From the NCBI GenBank assembly GCA_001780985.1, contig MFJV01000001.1, forward strand, positions 37,466 through 101,465: 64,000 bases of DNA, in the 5' to 3' direction. The notes beneath the pieces are model-generated. The model searched no databases. It saw only the letters and a list, made by a program, of their open reading frames with translations, and was not told the origin of the DNA. The translations under genes were made by a program, and so were the position numbers. The DNA is from Candidatus Gottesmanbacteria bacterium RIFCSPLOWO2_01_FULL_43_11b (GTDB taxonomy: Bacteria; Patescibacteriota; Microgenomatia; UBA10105; UBA927). Position 1 is the stretch's first letter; the number at the start of each line of letters is the position of its first letter. Shown piece after piece: positions 42,762-53,289 of this stretch.

Positions 42762-43949
42762 ATGGATAATGTTGAGGAATTATTGACGCGTGGAGTTGAA
42801 AATATTATTCCGAATAAAGAAAAACTTCGGAAGCTTCTTGAGAGCGGCCTGCCTGCGCAGGCAGGTAAAAAGCTCAATATTTACCTGGGGATTGATCCCA
42901 CAGCTACACAAATTCACATTGGCCACGCAGTACCTCTTCGAAAACTTAATGCGTTTGCCCAACTTGGTCACAATGTTACGTTTCTCATCGGTGATTTTAC
43001 GGCATTAATAGGGGATACGTCAGATAAAGATAGCGAGCGCCCCGTATTAACCAGTGAACAGATTAAAGAGAATTTTCAAACATACAAAAAACAAGCGGAA
43101 AAAGTTTTGGATTTTTCCAAAGTTAAAGTTCGTTTTAACAGTGAGTGGCTCAAAGATTTGAAGTTTGCTGACATTGTGAAATTATGTCAGCATTTCTCAG
43201 CCGGAGATTTTGTCGGTCGCGAGCTTATTAAAAAAAGATTACAGGAAGGCAAAAAAGTTGGTCTTCACGAACTTCTTTACCCGGTAATGCAAGGGTACGA
43301 CAGCTATTTCATGGACACCGATATCCAATTGGGTGGTACTGACCAAACATTTAATATGCAGGCGGGTCGTGTTTTTCAAAAAGATTTACGTAATAAAGAA
43401 TCGTTTATTATTGCCAATGGTTTTCTGGACGGAACAGACGGCAGGAAAATGAGTAAAACATGGAATAATGCAATCTGGTTGACAGACGAACCTAACGATA
43501 TGTTTGGCAAGGTTATGTCGTTATCCGATACCCTCATTGTTTCCTACTTTACTCTGGCAACCAATGCGTCAATCGATGAAATCGAGTCAGTCAAAAAGAG
43601 GCTAAGTAGCAAAGAGAACCCTATGAAACTCAAAATTGATCTTGCGCATCGCATGGTTACGGAACTTCATAGTAAAGCTCTTGCTAATGCAGCTCAAAAC
43701 GAATTCGAGCGGGTCCATCAAAAAGGAGATACACAATCCGTTTCTGCGCCGACACTTAAAGCAACAGCGGGACTTACTCTTACTGATGCGTTAATCACCG
43801 GTAGTCTTGTACAGAGTAAGTCGGAAGTAAAAAGACTCCTTCAACAGAAAGCGATCGAACAAAACGGAGTAGTGGTAACCAACGATACAAAAGTTTCAGC
43901 AGGTGATATACTGAGAATCGGTAAAAAGAAATTCCTCAAACTCGTATGA
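42762..43949 (+). CDS. tyrS: Tyrosyl-tRNA synthetase with a C-terminal S4 domain
   Basis: HIGH motif (IHIGHAV), KMSKT in place of KMSKS, GDFTALIGD, C-terminal S4-like region. Confidence 0.8.
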   Translation: MDNVEELLTRGVENIIPNKEKLRKLLESGLPAQAGKKLNIYLGIDPTATQIHIGHAVPLRKLNAFAQLGHNVTFLIGDFTALIGDTSDKDSERPVLTSEQIKENFQTYKKQAEKVLDFSKVKVRFNSEWLKDLKFADIVKLCQHFSAGDFVGRELIKKRLQEGKKVGLHELLYPVMQGYDSYFMDTDIQLGGTDQTFNMQAGRVFQKDLRNKESFIIANGFLDGTDGRKMSKTWNNAIWLTDEPNDMFGKVMSLSDTLIVSYFTLATNASIDEIESVKKRLSSKENPMKLKIDLAHRMVTELHSKALANAAQNEFERVHQKGDTQSVSAPTLKATAGLTLTDALITGSLVQSKSEVKRLLQQKAIEQNGVVVTNDTKVSAGDILRIGKKKFLKLV

Positions 43950-44067
43950 ACTTTTTTAGGCGACACGAACGCGTTTGGAAAATTATTGTTATAATTGCAA
44001 CGGTTGCGCTCATCGCTACATCCTTCATCCCCCTTCTTTCCGCTGGATTGTGAATTATTTCTAATAT

Positions 44068-44688
44068 ATGAAAAAACTATTTTTGACCTCCTACTCAAGC
44101 TTGGTTTTAGATAAGATTGTTGATATTTTGCCGGCCAAACCAGAATTGCTAAAATTAGCTTTTATTCCAACCGCGCGTGACCCATATCATATCACCGCGA
44201 AAGTTGATCCGGAAAAAGAAAAACTTAAATCAATGGGATTTTCTATTAAAACCGTCGATTTAAAAAACAAATCAAAAGAACAATTACGAAAAGAGTTAGA
44301 AAATATTGATGTTATTTTTGTTGCTGGAGGCAATACTTTCTATTTGCTTGAAAAAACAATAGAAAGCGGATTTGATAGTCTTCTCAAAGAATTGATTAAT
44401 AATGGAGTTATTTATATTGGGTCAAGTGCCGGCTCTGTATTAGTTGGTCCGGATATTGATATTACGAGAGAACTAGATGACCCAAACAAAGCTCCTCGGC
44501 TTTCCACAACAAAAGGAGTTGGATTGGTAGATTTTATTGTTTTGCCTCATTTTGGAGAAGGGGTATATAGCGATAAAGTTGAGAAAATTTATGAGAAATG
44601 GAAACATTCACCGTATACTGTAATTCCGCTCACAAACAAGCAAGCAATTATTGTCGAAAATAAAACCTATAGAATTATATCTATCTAA
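44068..44688 (+). CDS. pepE: Peptidase family S51 (dipeptidase E / cyanophycinase-like)
   Basis: FIPTA...VAGGNTFYLL...GSSAGS catalytic Ser region. Confidence 0.65.
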   Translation: MKKLFLTSYSSLVLDKIVDILPAKPELLKLAFIPTARDPYHITAKVDPEKEKLKSMGFSIKTVDLKNKSKEQLRKELENIDVIFVAGGNTFYLLEKTIESGFDSLLKELINNGVIYIGSSAGSVLVGPDIDITRELDDPNKAPRLSTTKGVGLVDFIVLPHFGEGVYSDKVEKIYEKWKHSPYTVIPLTNKQAIIVENKTYRIISI

Positions 44689-44773
44689 AAACATACAATC
44701 TCATTAATTTCTACTTAATAATACTGTATAAATAAAAGTAGGTGAGTGGCCAATTAAACGCTATAATCAGGAC

Positions 44774-46795
44774 ATGGAGCTTACCCTTTCGTCTTCGGTT
44801 CAGTACGTCCCCCGGGTTGGACCCAAGATGGCAACAAAACTTGAAATACTGGGTATTAAAACAGTCGAAGATCTTCTTTGGTACGCACCTTTCCGCTACA
44901 ACGACTACTCAATTATTTCTCCGATTGCCCGTATGCAACCCGGTGAAACCGTTACTGTTCGAGGCTACGTGATCTCCATGAAAAACGCATTTACAAAAAC
45001 AGGGAAAAAACTTCAGCAGGCAAAAATCCGCGATAGTTCCGGAACGTTGGATGTTATTTGGTTTAACCAAATGTATCTGACAAACATTATAAAAGTCGGA
45101 GATACACTGAGTTTAAGCGGAAAGGTTGATTGGTTCGGGCGAAGTATAGTCATGATCTCCCCTGAATACGAGATTTACAAAGAGCAAAGTTTACATACAG
45201 GCCGGCTTGTGCCTGTGTATTCGGAAACAGAAGGCTTAAGTTCAAAGTGGCTCCGCGGCAGAATCGCGTTTGTAATCGAGTCCTGTCTTGAAAAGCTTGA
45301 GGAATACATCCCCGAATTTATTAGAAATGAAAATAAACTGCCTGATATTACTCATGCAATTTCTTCCGTTCATTTCCCAAAAACAAATCATGAGGCAGAG
45401 TTAGCGCGTCAACGGCTTGCCTTTGACGAACTATTCCTTTTAATTATGCGGGCAAAAGAGCAGAAACGGCATTGGCAAATGACTAAAAAATCCCATCCTA
45501 TGAATGTAAATACTTCGACCGTTGCTGAGATTATTTCATCGCTTCCATTTGAACTTACCGGAGATCAAAAAAAAGCAGTAAACGAAATATTAGATGATCT
45601 AAAAAAACCGATTCCTATGAACCGACTTTTAGAAGGAGACGTGGGAAGCGGAAAAACCGTCGTAGCTGCAATTGCCATGTATATAGTGAAAAAAAATGGT
45701 TTTCAGTCGCTTCTTATGGCACCAACAGAAATTCTGGCTACCCAGCATTTTGAAACGTTATCCCAGTTTTTATCTCCCCTTGGAATATCAGTTGGTCTTA
45801 TTACCGGCGCACATAAGGACAAAGGGGCTATTGATGTATATGTAGGAACCCATGCACTTCTTTTTCAAAAATATACCTCGGGGCGTATAGCACTAATTGT
45901 TATTGACGAACAGCAGCGCTTCGGCGTTGCCCAAAGGGGGCTTCTTGCAAAAAAAACGAGTCGAGGAAAAAATGCGCATCTCCTTACTATGACCGCAACG
46001 CCCATTCCGCGAACCGTTGCCCACACTATGTACGGCAATCTCGATCTTTCTATCCTTAAAGAGATGCCTGTTGGTCGATTAAAAGTAAAAACATGGGTCG
46101 TAGATCGCGAAAAACGGACTGCTGCATACGCTTGGATACAAAAACAGATTGCTGAGGAACACGCTCAAGCGTTTATTGTGTGTCCGCTTATTGAAGAGTC
46201 GGAATCAATGAGTACAGTAAAGGCGGTAAACAAAGAATATAGAAGACTTAAAAAAGACGTATTCCCACGTTTACGACTGGGGCTATTGCACGGAAGAATG
46301 AACTCATCTAAAAAATCATCGGTTCTTACGAAATTTCGTGATCAAAAACTCGATATTTTAGTTACCACTCCGGTGGTTGAGGTTGGTATCGATATCCCCA
46401 ACGCAACTATTATGATGATTGAGGCGGCTGATCGATTCGGACTATCCCAACTTCACCAGCTTCGCGGGCGTGTCGGGAGGAGAAATAAACCATCCTACTG
46501 TCTTCTTTTTACTGAAAAAGAACAAGACACCGTAATTACCCGCCTTAAAGCAATGGAGCGTGTTTATAATGGTCCGGAGCTAGCTGAACTTGATCTTAGG
46601 CTTCGGGGTCCGGGAGAACTTTTTGGAAACTTGCAGCACGGTTTCACTACTCTTCGGGTTGCGAGTTTTTCTGATACGGAACTTATTAGTCAGGCTAAAG
46701 CATCTGCGGAGCGTCTGTTTGCACTCGATCCTGATCTTACGGCTCATCCGCTCTTGAGAGGGAAGCTCAAATCTAGTATAATTCTACCCGTATGA
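44774..46795 (+). CDS. recG: ATP-dependent DNA helicase RecG
   Basis: Wedge domain, GDVGSGKT Walker A, DEQQRFGV, TATPIPRT, QLRGRVGR. TATAAT 7 nt before the ATG suggests a leaderless transcript. Confidence 0.85.
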   Translation: MELTLSSSVQYVPRVGPKMATKLEILGIKTVEDLLWYAPFRYNDYSIISPIARMQPGETVTVRGYVISMKNAFTKTGKKLQQAKIRDSSGTLDVIWFNQMYLTNIIKVGDTLSLSGKVDWFGRSIVMISPEYEIYKEQSLHTGRLVPVYSETEGLSSKWLRGRIAFVIESCLEKLEEYIPEFIRNENKLPDITHAISSVHFPKTNHEAELARQRLAFDELFLLIMRAKEQKRHWQMTKKSHPMNVNTSTVAEIISSLPFELTGDQKKAVNEILDDLKKPIPMNRLLEGDVGSGKTVVAAIAMYIVKKNGFQSLLMAPTEILATQHFETLSQFLSPLGISVGLITGAHKDKGAIDVYVGTHALLFQKYTSGRIALIVIDEQQRFGVAQRGLLAKKTSRGKNAHLLTMTATPIPRTVAHTMYGNLDLSILKEMPVGRLKVKTWVVDREKRTAAYAWIQKQIAEEHAQAFIVCPLIEESESMSTVKAVNKEYRRLKKDVFPRLRLGLLHGRMNSSKKSSVLTKFRDQKLDILVTTPVVEVGIDIPNATIMMIEAADRFGLSQLHQLRGRVGRRNKPSYCLLFTEKEQDTVITRLKAMERVYNGPELAELDLRLRGPGELFGNLQHGFTTLRVASFSDTELISQAKASAERLFALDPDLTAHPLLRGKLKSSIILPV

Positions 46796-46989
46796 CACCG
46801 CTTCCAAAACGGAGATTATCTCGTAGGAGACAAGGAAAAAGAAGAGCAGCACTCAAATTTCCCCTCGGAACTCTCATAAAGTGTGCAAACTGCGGCAAAA
46901 TGCGTTTACCACACAGAGCATGTCCTCACTGTGGTTATTACGACGGGAAAGTGATATTTGTGAAAAAAGTAAAGAAAACGAAAAAGTGA
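46792..46989 (+). CDS. rpmF: Ribosomal protein L32
   Basis: [16 protein letters not shown] plus a zinc-ribbon CANCGK..CPHCG. Confidence 0.85.
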   Translation: MTPLPKRRLSRRRQGKRRAALKFPLGTLIKCANCGKMRLPHRACPHCGYYDGKVIFVKKVKKTKK

Positions 46990-47303
46990 AAACTTCCGCT
47001 GACCCCAGGCACCGTCGCCGAATAAAACGCATGCAGCGAATCTTTGCATCCAGTTTCGATTCGTCAAGTAATGATGCAGTTATTGACGAAAAGATTGCAG
47101 GAGCAGCACCGGAATGGCCATTACCGAAAATTTCAAAAATTGACCTTGCGATTTTACGATTGGCGGTTACTGAACTTGTTGAGAAAAAAGAGCCTCCGAA
47201 AGTTATTATTGATGAAGCAGTGGAACTTGCAAAACAATTCGGTAACGACAATAGCTCTAAATTTGTAAACGGAGTACTCGGTACAATTCTTAAATCTCTA
47301 TGA
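46986..47303 (+). CDS. nusB: Transcription antitermination factor NusB (GTG start overlapping the rpmF stop as GTGA)
   Basis: [17 protein letters not shown] then [12 protein letters not shown]...FVNGVLG. Alternative ATG start at 47031. Confidence 0.7.
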   Translation: MKTSADPRHRRRIKRMQRIFASSFDSSSNDAVIDEKIAGAAPEWPLPKISKIDLAILRLAVTELVEKKEPPKVIIDEAVELAKQFGNDNSSKFVNGVLGTILKSL

Positions 47304-47986
47304 CATTTGATGATCTTCAAAAAAAAGTTGGAATTCAATTTAAAGACACGGCGCTTCTTAAACATGCGTTTATCCACAGATCGTATCTTAACGAAAACAA
47401 GCAAATTACTTCATCCAATGAACGACTCGAATTTTTAGGAGACGCAGTATTATCCTTCCTCACCTCAAATTTTCTCTATAAAACCTACCCGCAATATCCT
47501 GAGGGAGTACTTACAAATATCCGTTCAAGTCTCGTTAAAACACAGAGCCTTGGTGACGTAGCAAAAACACTTAATTTCGGCGAGCTTTTGTTTTTAAGCC
47601 GGGGGGAAGAAGAGTCGGAAGGGCGAAAAAATTCATCGCTTCTTGCTGACACATTTGAGGCATTCTTGGGAGCGCTCTTTTTAGACCAGGGAATTGAGAA
47701 AGCGCAACGGTTTCTTGAACAATACCTCTTCACTAAAACCAGCCATGTGATAACCAGTAGGTCCTATATTGATTTTAAAAGCTTACTCCAGGAAATCATT
47801 CAGGAAAAATCACGTATATCACCCACATATCGGGTAACAAAAACAGAAGGCCCTGATCATTCAAAAACATTTTGGGTCGAAGCGGTCATGGAAAATAACG
47901 TATTAGGAATTGGAAAAGGAAAATCTAAGCAGGAAGCAGAGCAACAAGCAGCCACGGACGCCCTTGAGAAGTTAGGCAAAATTTGA
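47300..47986 (+). CDS. rnc: Ribonuclease III
   Basis: [11 protein letters not shown] signature plus a C-terminal dsRBD. Confidence 0.85.
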   Translation: MTFDDLQKKVGIQFKDTALLKHAFIHRSYLNENKQITSSNERLEFLGDAVLSFLTSNFLYKTYPQYPEGVLTNIRSSLVKTQSLGDVAKTLNFGELLFLSRGEEESEGRKNSSLLADTFEAFLGALFLDQGIEKAQRFLEQYLFTKTSHVITSRSYIDFKSLLQEIIQEKSRISPTYRVTKTEGPDHSKTFWVEAVMENNVLGIGKGKSKQEAEQQAATDALEKLGKI

Positions 47987-47999
47987 TAAAATTTGTATT

Positions 48000-48239
48000 A
48001 TGGTAAAAATACGTCTAGCTCAAACAGGAGCCAAAAACAGTAGAAAATACAGAATCGTTGCCATAGAGGAAGGGAAGCGAAGAGACGGGCGTACAATCGA
48101 ACTGCTTGGCTTCTATGACCCACAAGTTAACCCACCACACCTTAGTATTAAGCGTGACCGTGTTTCATACTGGCTCTCTGTTGGAGCCCAGTTAACCGAC
48201 GGAACCAAAAAACTTCTCAGTGAAAAAAAGATTCAATGA
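48000..48239 (+). CDS. rpsP: Ribosomal protein S16
   Basis: MVKIRLAQTGAKNSRKYRIVA. Confidence 0.85.
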   Translation: MVKIRLAQTGAKNSRKYRIVAIEEGKRRDGRTIELLGFYDPQVNPPHLSIKRDRVSYWLSVGAQLTDGTKKLLSEKKIQ

Positions 48240-48475
48240 AAGATACCCTTCTATATCTTGTCACAGCGCTCGTTGATAATCCAAAAGATGTTGAGGTTAC
48301 AGAGTCAAACGAAAATGACCGAGTACTCTTGTCGTTATCGGTTAACCCCGCGGATATGGGCAAAATTATCGGAAAAAGCGGGAGAATTATTAAAGCACTT
48401 CGGGATCTTATGAAAGTATTGGCTGCCAAACGCAACCAATACGTTGATATCGTACTATCAGAAGAAGCAAAATGA
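48236..48475 (+). CDS. KH-domain RNA-binding protein (YlqC-like)
   Basis: GKIIGKSGRIIKALR KH motif. Conserved position between rpsP and trmD. Confidence 0.7.
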   Translation: MKDTLLYLVTALVDNPKDVEVTESNENDRVLLSLSVNPADMGKIIGKSGRIIKALRDLMKVLAAKRNQYVDIVLSEEAK

Positions 48476-49125
48476 ACATTACGATCCTTACTCTCTTCCC
48501 CGACATGATACGTTCGGCGTTAAACCACTCGATAATAAAACGGGCACTAAGTGCAGGTATACTCAAAATTACACTCGTTAATATCAGGGATTTTACGACT
48601 GACTCGTATAAATCGGTTGACGATCATCCCTATGGCGGGGGAGTCGGAATGATCATGCGCGTTGATGTTATTGACAGAGCACTCCAAAACCAGCGAGGGA
48701 AAAAAATCCTTCTTGATCCGCAAGGAAAACAATTTACACAAAGCACAGCCCGAAAGCTAAGTAAACTTGAAACTATAATACTAATCTGCGGGCACTATGA
48801 GGGAGTTGATGAGCGGGTTCGATCTATCGTTGATGAACAAATCTCCATCGGTGATTATGTTTTAACCGGTGGTGAAATTCCTGCACTTGTTGTTGTTGAC
48901 AGTGTTGCACGGCTTATTCCCGGTGTTTTATCAAAAGAAGAAGCGACTATCCACGAGTCTTTTTCCCCAAAACTCCTTGAGTACCCTCAATACACCCGGC
49001 CAGATGAGTACAAAGGAATGTCCGTTCCTGATATTCTCAAAGGTGGCAACCATGCCCAAATTGCAAAGTGGAGAATAGAACAAGCGAAAAAGAAAACATT
49101 ATCCCGCCGCCCTGATCTGGGTTAG
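48472..49125 (+). CDS. trmD: tRNA (guanine37-N1)-methyltransferase
   Basis: TLFPDM, ICGHYEGVDERV and GGE motifs of TrmD (SPOUT). Confidence 0.85.
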   Translation: MNITILTLFPDMIRSALNHSIIKRALSAGILKITLVNIRDFTTDSYKSVDDHPYGGGVGMIMRVDVIDRALQNQRGKKILLDPQGKQFTQSTARKLSKLETIILICGHYEGVDERVRSIVDEQISIGDYVLTGGEIPALVVVDSVARLIPGVLSKEEATIHESFSPKLLEYPQYTRPDEYKGMSVPDILKGGNHAQIAKWRIEQAKKKTLSRRPDLG

Positions 49126-49859
49126 GGGGCGAAGGGGTCAGGTTTGGCGATACCAATTGATGGAGGGGGCAGTTCCGTAGCTTGGGTAAGATTTGGGAGT
49201 GCTGCTACTTTTGCGATAACTTCTTCTTCCTCTGTTGATAGTGGAGATAGCTTTGCTTGTGCACTCGCTGCTCCAATTGAAAGTGGAGCAAAGTAACTTT
49301 CCATTTCTATTTTTGCCTGTACGTTTCCTGATACGCCGAGAGCCAGGTCAAAACTCTTAATTCCCATAAATCGACGAACTCTCCCTATCGTCTCAAAAAA
49401 TTGCAATACATTTTCTATGGGGCCGTCGATAAGCGCTGAAAACTGAACTGCTTTAGCACCAGAAGAATGTGCAGGCGATTTCTGGGCGGATTCCGTTGAT
49501 AATGATCCTCCTCCTGAGAGAGATACATTGAGTAAACTCACTCCGGACTGTCCGCTTACCCCCTCAAGTGTTACAAAAAGGGTCGGTACTGATGTTGTTG
49601 TTGGGACAGCAGCGCTCATTTCAAAAAGATCGCTTTTAAGAGACTCGCTGCTTTGTGAATTGAGGATATTCATTTTGTCAGAAAGATCGTTCATGTCTTT
49701 TTGAACGGTACTTTGCTGACCAAAAAGATTTATAGAAGATTGAATCGCCGGAATTATGCCAAAGATAGTTCCGAAAAAAATGACCAACAAAACAACAATC
49801 TGCCGAAGGAGCGGCTGGTATTCCCGAAAAAAACGGCGCTGTTCAATAGAAAGTTTCAT
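49122..49859 (-). CDS. pilO: Type IV pilus inner-membrane assembly protein PilO-like
   Basis: N-terminal TM plus coiled coil. Position after pilM-pilN. Confidence 0.5.
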   Translation of the reverse strand: MKLSIEQRRFFREYQPLLRQIVVLLVIFFGTIFGIIPAIQSSINLFGQQSTVQKDMNDLSDKMNILNSQSSESLKSDLFEMSAAVPTTTSVPTLFVTLEGVSGQSGVSLLNVSLSGGGSLSTESAQKSPAHSSGAKAVQFSALIDGPIENVLQFFETIGRVRRFMGIKSFDLALGVSGNVQAKIEMESYFAPLSIGAASAQAKLSPLSTEEEEVIAKVAALPNLTQATELPPPSIGIAKPDPFAP

Positions 49860-50398
49860 AAAACCGGAATAAATGTAATAACTAAACGTGATATTCCTTC
49901 TTTATCAATCCCAAATGAAGAAACTTGGGGACTGAGAATTTTTTTATTCTCTGTATCGGTTAATATCTCTGCAAGTATTGGGAACATTTCTTCAGTCGTA
50001 TTTGTTTGTATAGTCGCAACGACACGCCGTTTCGCATCAACTGCGATGGAAGATAGTGCCGGGGGAGGGGCTATTTCTGTCATTCGTGATAATGTTGACC
50101 CCCAATGTATCTGATCTTGTATAATTTTTCCTACAATTATGCCTCTTTGTTTAAGAGCCACAAGAAGTGCTTCTGCCTCCGCTTGTGCAGTAATTTGGGA
50201 TCGGAGTCTATCCCGTGCGCTTGTTAGTGTTGTTAAACGGAGCCTAAGGACTGCATACACTCCGCCAACGAGTAAACTAACGATCACAAAAATAGTTAAC
50301 CCGGTAACTGTAGTCTTTTGAAGGTTACCAATAAGATGAGAAAGACTCCCGGGAATCTTTGTTTGAGTAATGAGATTTATGGAACGGTTTTCTTCCAT
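49856..50398 (-). CDS. pilN: Type IV pilus assembly protein PilN-like
   Basis: Single TM, coiled coil, coupled to pilM. Confidence 0.5.
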   Translation of the reverse strand: MEENRSINLITQTKIPGSLSHLIGNLQKTTVTGLTIFVIVSLLVGGVYAVLRLRLTTLTSARDRLRSQITAQAEAEALLVALKQRGIIVGKIIQDQIHWGSTLSRMTEIAPPPALSSIAVDAKRRVVATIQTNTTEEMFPILAEILTDTENKKILSPQVSSFGIDKEGISRLVITFIPVL

Positions 50399-50417
50399 GT
50401 TGATTTGTATCTTTTAT

Positions 50418-51437
50418 TTACCGTAATGACAGTCCAACGGCAACGCTAAACACAGGGCCTTGTGAATCAAGTGCTGTGAACCTATTGTCGCGTTTTATTC
50501 CAATCCATGGATTAACCAACTGGGTCTCTATATTCATCTCGCTTGCTATATACACAACCATTCCGGGAACTTTTGACGTACCTCCAGAAAGAATAATAAC
50601 CTCTACGTGTTGATTGGGGTGTTCCTTTTCGTAAAATGCAATTGCCCGTTTCATTTCTCCGATAATAGTATCCATAATTGGTTTTACCGCCTCAACAATT
50701 TTTCCCTCCAGCTTATTTGTTTCTAATCCATAGATTTTTTTGTATTCCTCAGCCTGTGAAATATCAAATTCAAGCCGTTGAGCAAGCGCTCTCGAAAGCG
50801 CTTCACCACCGCTACTTATCGAACGTGTAAATGATAGAACTCCGTCTTCTAAGATGGCAAAGTCAGTGGTTTGAGCGCCTAATGAGGCAACCATCACGGT
50901 TCGAAGTGATGGCGTGGTTCTGATTACAGCGCGTGAGGCTGCAATAATTTCCGTTTCCACACCGACAGGTGTAATTTCAGCAAGTTCTAAAATTGTTAAG
51001 TACTTTTCCACTAAAACTTTAGGAGCAGCAACAAGGAGTGCTTCCATTGTTGATTTACCCGTTTGTTTACTATCGCGCAAGATTGTAAAGTCTAAATTTA
51101 CCTGATCAAGAGGAAGTGGAATATACTGTTCAGCTTCCCATCGCATGGCAGAAGAAAGTTCACGAGCAGATAGTTGCGGTACTGCGATAACTCTCGTAAA
51201 TACCTGTGATTCGGGGAGTGCCACATTGGCATCCCGGCTTTTGGCTCCGATATCTTTCAGGAGTTTTTTAAGTGCTACTGCCACTGCTTCGTAATCAACG
51301 CTGCTATTACTGCTTAATGCTCCGGGTGGTGTTGGAATTGATCCAGCAGAAAGAAGAGACGCTGTTTTAATATCTTTTGATATCTCCACGACTTTAATGC
51401 TATGAGAACCAATATCAACCCCAAGTATTGCATTCAT
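50418..51437 (-). CDS. pilM: Type IV pilus assembly ATPase-fold protein PilM
   Basis: Actin-like/FtsA fold start ILGVDIGSHSIKVVE. Confidence 0.75.
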   Translation of the reverse strand: MNAILGVDIGSHSIKVVEISKDIKTASLLSAGSIPTPPGALSSNSSVDYEAVAVALKKLLKDIGAKSRDANVALPESQVFTRVIAVPQLSARELSSAMRWEAEQYIPLPLDQVNLDFTILRDSKQTGKSTMEALLVAAPKVLVEKYLTILELAEITPVGVETEIIAASRAVIRTTPSLRTVMVASLGAQTTDFAILEDGVLSFTRSISSGGEALSRALAQRLEFDISQAEEYKKIYGLETNKLEGKIVEAVKPIMDTIIGEMKRAIAFYEKEHPNQHVEVIILSGGTSKVPGMVVYIASEMNIETQLVNPWIGIKRDNRFTALDSQGPVFSVAVGLSLR

Positions 51438-51461
51438 ATGGGCAGTCTGACAGCTATCTTT

Positions 51462-52286
51462 TTAGTAGCCAAATGAACTCTGACTATAGACAGCTGCGTC
51501 GAAAAGAGTGGGGGCGGAGGTGTATGTGTTGTCGACAACCACCTTTCTGGTCACACCTGTTTGGGTGGTGCCGACAGATTCTATCCGGCTTCCTTGAAGA
51601 GGGAGGCCTGATCCTGAACTGAAGGCAAATTGTGCATCCGCATAGACTGGGCGAAATCGTAATGCTATTAGAATATCCTGATTTGGTTGTATACTGTAGG
51701 AGGCAAATGAGAGTGTTTTTTTGTGGACATTCTCGAGTCCACATCCGGTACTTGCGGAAGAAATTTTTGTAAAATTATTGGTGTCAGCTCGTGATGAGTC
51801 AGGGTCAAATGCATCCCGGGCGACTTGGTAGGTTCCGTCAGCAGAATTCCTATATAAAAGTGAAATGACAACTGCAGTCTCGGGATTTCCCCGGCTCCAA
51901 CAGATATCGATGTTATCTCCTCCGTAGGTCACAATTTCAGAGATTGTTCCATCGGCATTATGTTCCACAAACCAGAATGTGTCTGTTGCTGCAATTGGCG
52001 TCTTTTTGGGAAATTTATAATCACCGATAACTCCACCCAAAGCATTTACTGTCGTTGTGTAGGTAATCCCTGATGTTAAAACTTGTGCGCCTGCTGTTCC
52101 TTGACCGCTTCGGAGAGCTTCTTCGATGCCTGCCTCAGCAGCTGAGAAAGCCCGTGCTGATTCTTCAACTTGGCCGCTTATTGATGTATCAATGGTTGTT
52201 CTGCCGATAACAGAGAGTGCGACGGTTACCCCAACAGCTAATACGAGAAGTGTAATAAGGACGATTTGTCCAGATTGTCTTTTCAT
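51462..52286 (-). CDS. Pilus-associated protein with a pilin-like hydrophobic N-terminus but no Glu+5 (PilX-like?)
   Basis: MKRQSGQIVLITLLVLAVG. Located between pilM and the pilin array. Confidence 0.35.
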   Translation of the reverse strand: MKRQSGQIVLITLLVLAVGVTVALSVIGRTTIDTSISGQVEESARAFSAAEAGIEEALRSGQGTAGAQVLTSGITYTTTVNALGGVIGDYKFPKKTPIAATDTFWFVEHNADGTISEIVTYGGDNIDICWSRGNPETAVVISLLYRNSADGTYQVARDAFDPDSSRADTNNFTKISSASTGCGLENVHKKTLSFASYSIQPNQDILIALRFRPVYADAQFAFSSGSGLPLQGSRIESVGTTQTGVTRKVVVDNTYTSAPTLFDAAVYSQSSFGY

Positions 52287-52307
52287 ATTTTTATTGTATA
52301 ACACTTT

Positions 52308-52850
52308 TTACTGCCGCGTCACAACAGTTGTTTGAAACTGTGTACTGGCCTTTTCAAATTGAGCTTCCGGCGTTCCAAGTTGTGATAGGGTAAACAGTAT
52401 TTGAATCTCCTTTTTTTCCTCGGCAATATCAGTGCAGATAAATGTGAGTGCGTTCGTACAAGAACTACCTAACGTAACGTTCTGATTTGTCAGGTATTCG
52501 GTTCTTGTTGCGCTTGTCGACGCAATACGTGCAATGGTGCCGTCCATTTGGCAGTCAAATGTTGTCGAATTTCCGTCAGTATTTAATAGTGAGAGGGATG
52601 ACGTTGTGGTACCCCCGGAACTACATGTCGTCGTAACCGATGAGGCATTTCGAATCATTCGTGACATCACGCTTAATGAGAAATCTCCGTTTTGCTTAAC
52701 CGTCGTCAAAAGATTTGTTTTGATATTAGTTCGCACCATGCTAAAAAAGCTTTGAGCAATCACCGAACCAACAATAGCAATAATACCCACGGAAACCAGT
52801 ATTTCAATAAGGGTAAAACCCCGCCAGTGGGCGGGCTGGCTTTTTTTCAT
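52308..52850 (-). CDS. Type IV prepilin-type protein (class III signal RG|FTLIE)
   Basis: MKKSQPAHWRGFTLIEILVSVGI; cleavage motif and Glu+5. Confidence 0.65.
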   Translation of the reverse strand: MKKSQPAHWRGFTLIEILVSVGIIAIVGSVIAQSFFSMVRTNIKTNLLTTVKQNGDFSLSVMSRMIRNASSVTTTCSSGGTTTSSLSLLNTDGNSTTFDCQMDGTIARIASTSATRTEYLTNQNVTLGSSCTNALTFICTDIAEEKKEIQILFTLSQLGTPEAQFEKASTQFQTTVVTRQ

Positions 52851-53275
52851 ATGTTTATTGTCCACTCGGTAAAAAACGTGGTGAGCGTGCTTTGGTGCGT
52901 TGCTCCACCATCTTGCCAACTTACGACACTCACTATATCCATACGTAAGTTGGTCTCGTTCCATGAAAAGGTAACAGCCCTCGTAAATGTATTATCAATA
53001 TTTATTGGGCAGGCTGTAATTGCCTGGGTCCATACACCGTCTTTATCAAGGCACCACAGGCCGGTCATATCATGAAACTCCGTCCAATTTTCATCACGGA
53101 GTTTCCGCGTTAACTCGATTGCTTCCTGGTTATATGAAACTGCTAAACTCCTCAATCTACTCTGATCGCTTGTTCTTATTGCAGTTGTTCCGCCTCCAAT
53201 TAGGCCAGTGACAAGGAGTAATACAATTCCAAGTGCGACCACGATTTCGGCTAGAGTCTGTCCTTTTTGATTCAT
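52847..53275 (-). CDS. Minor pilin/pseudopilin (KG|QTLAEIVVAL)
   Basis: Prepilin-like N-terminus with Glu+5. Confidence 0.55.
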   Translation of the reverse strand: MNQKGQTLAEIVVALGIVLLLVTGLIGGGTTAIRTSDQSRLRSLAVSYNQEAIELTRKLRDENWTEFHDMTGLWCLDKDGVWTQAITACPINIDNTFTRAVTFSWNETNLRMDIVSVVSWQDGGATHQSTLTTFFTEWTINI

Positions 53276-53289
53276 AAGAAAACATTCTG

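Noticed and set aside
46874-47404. 176-aa minus-strand ORF across rpmF-nusB-rnc
   Set aside because: Antisense to three conserved, translationally coupled genes; no motif.
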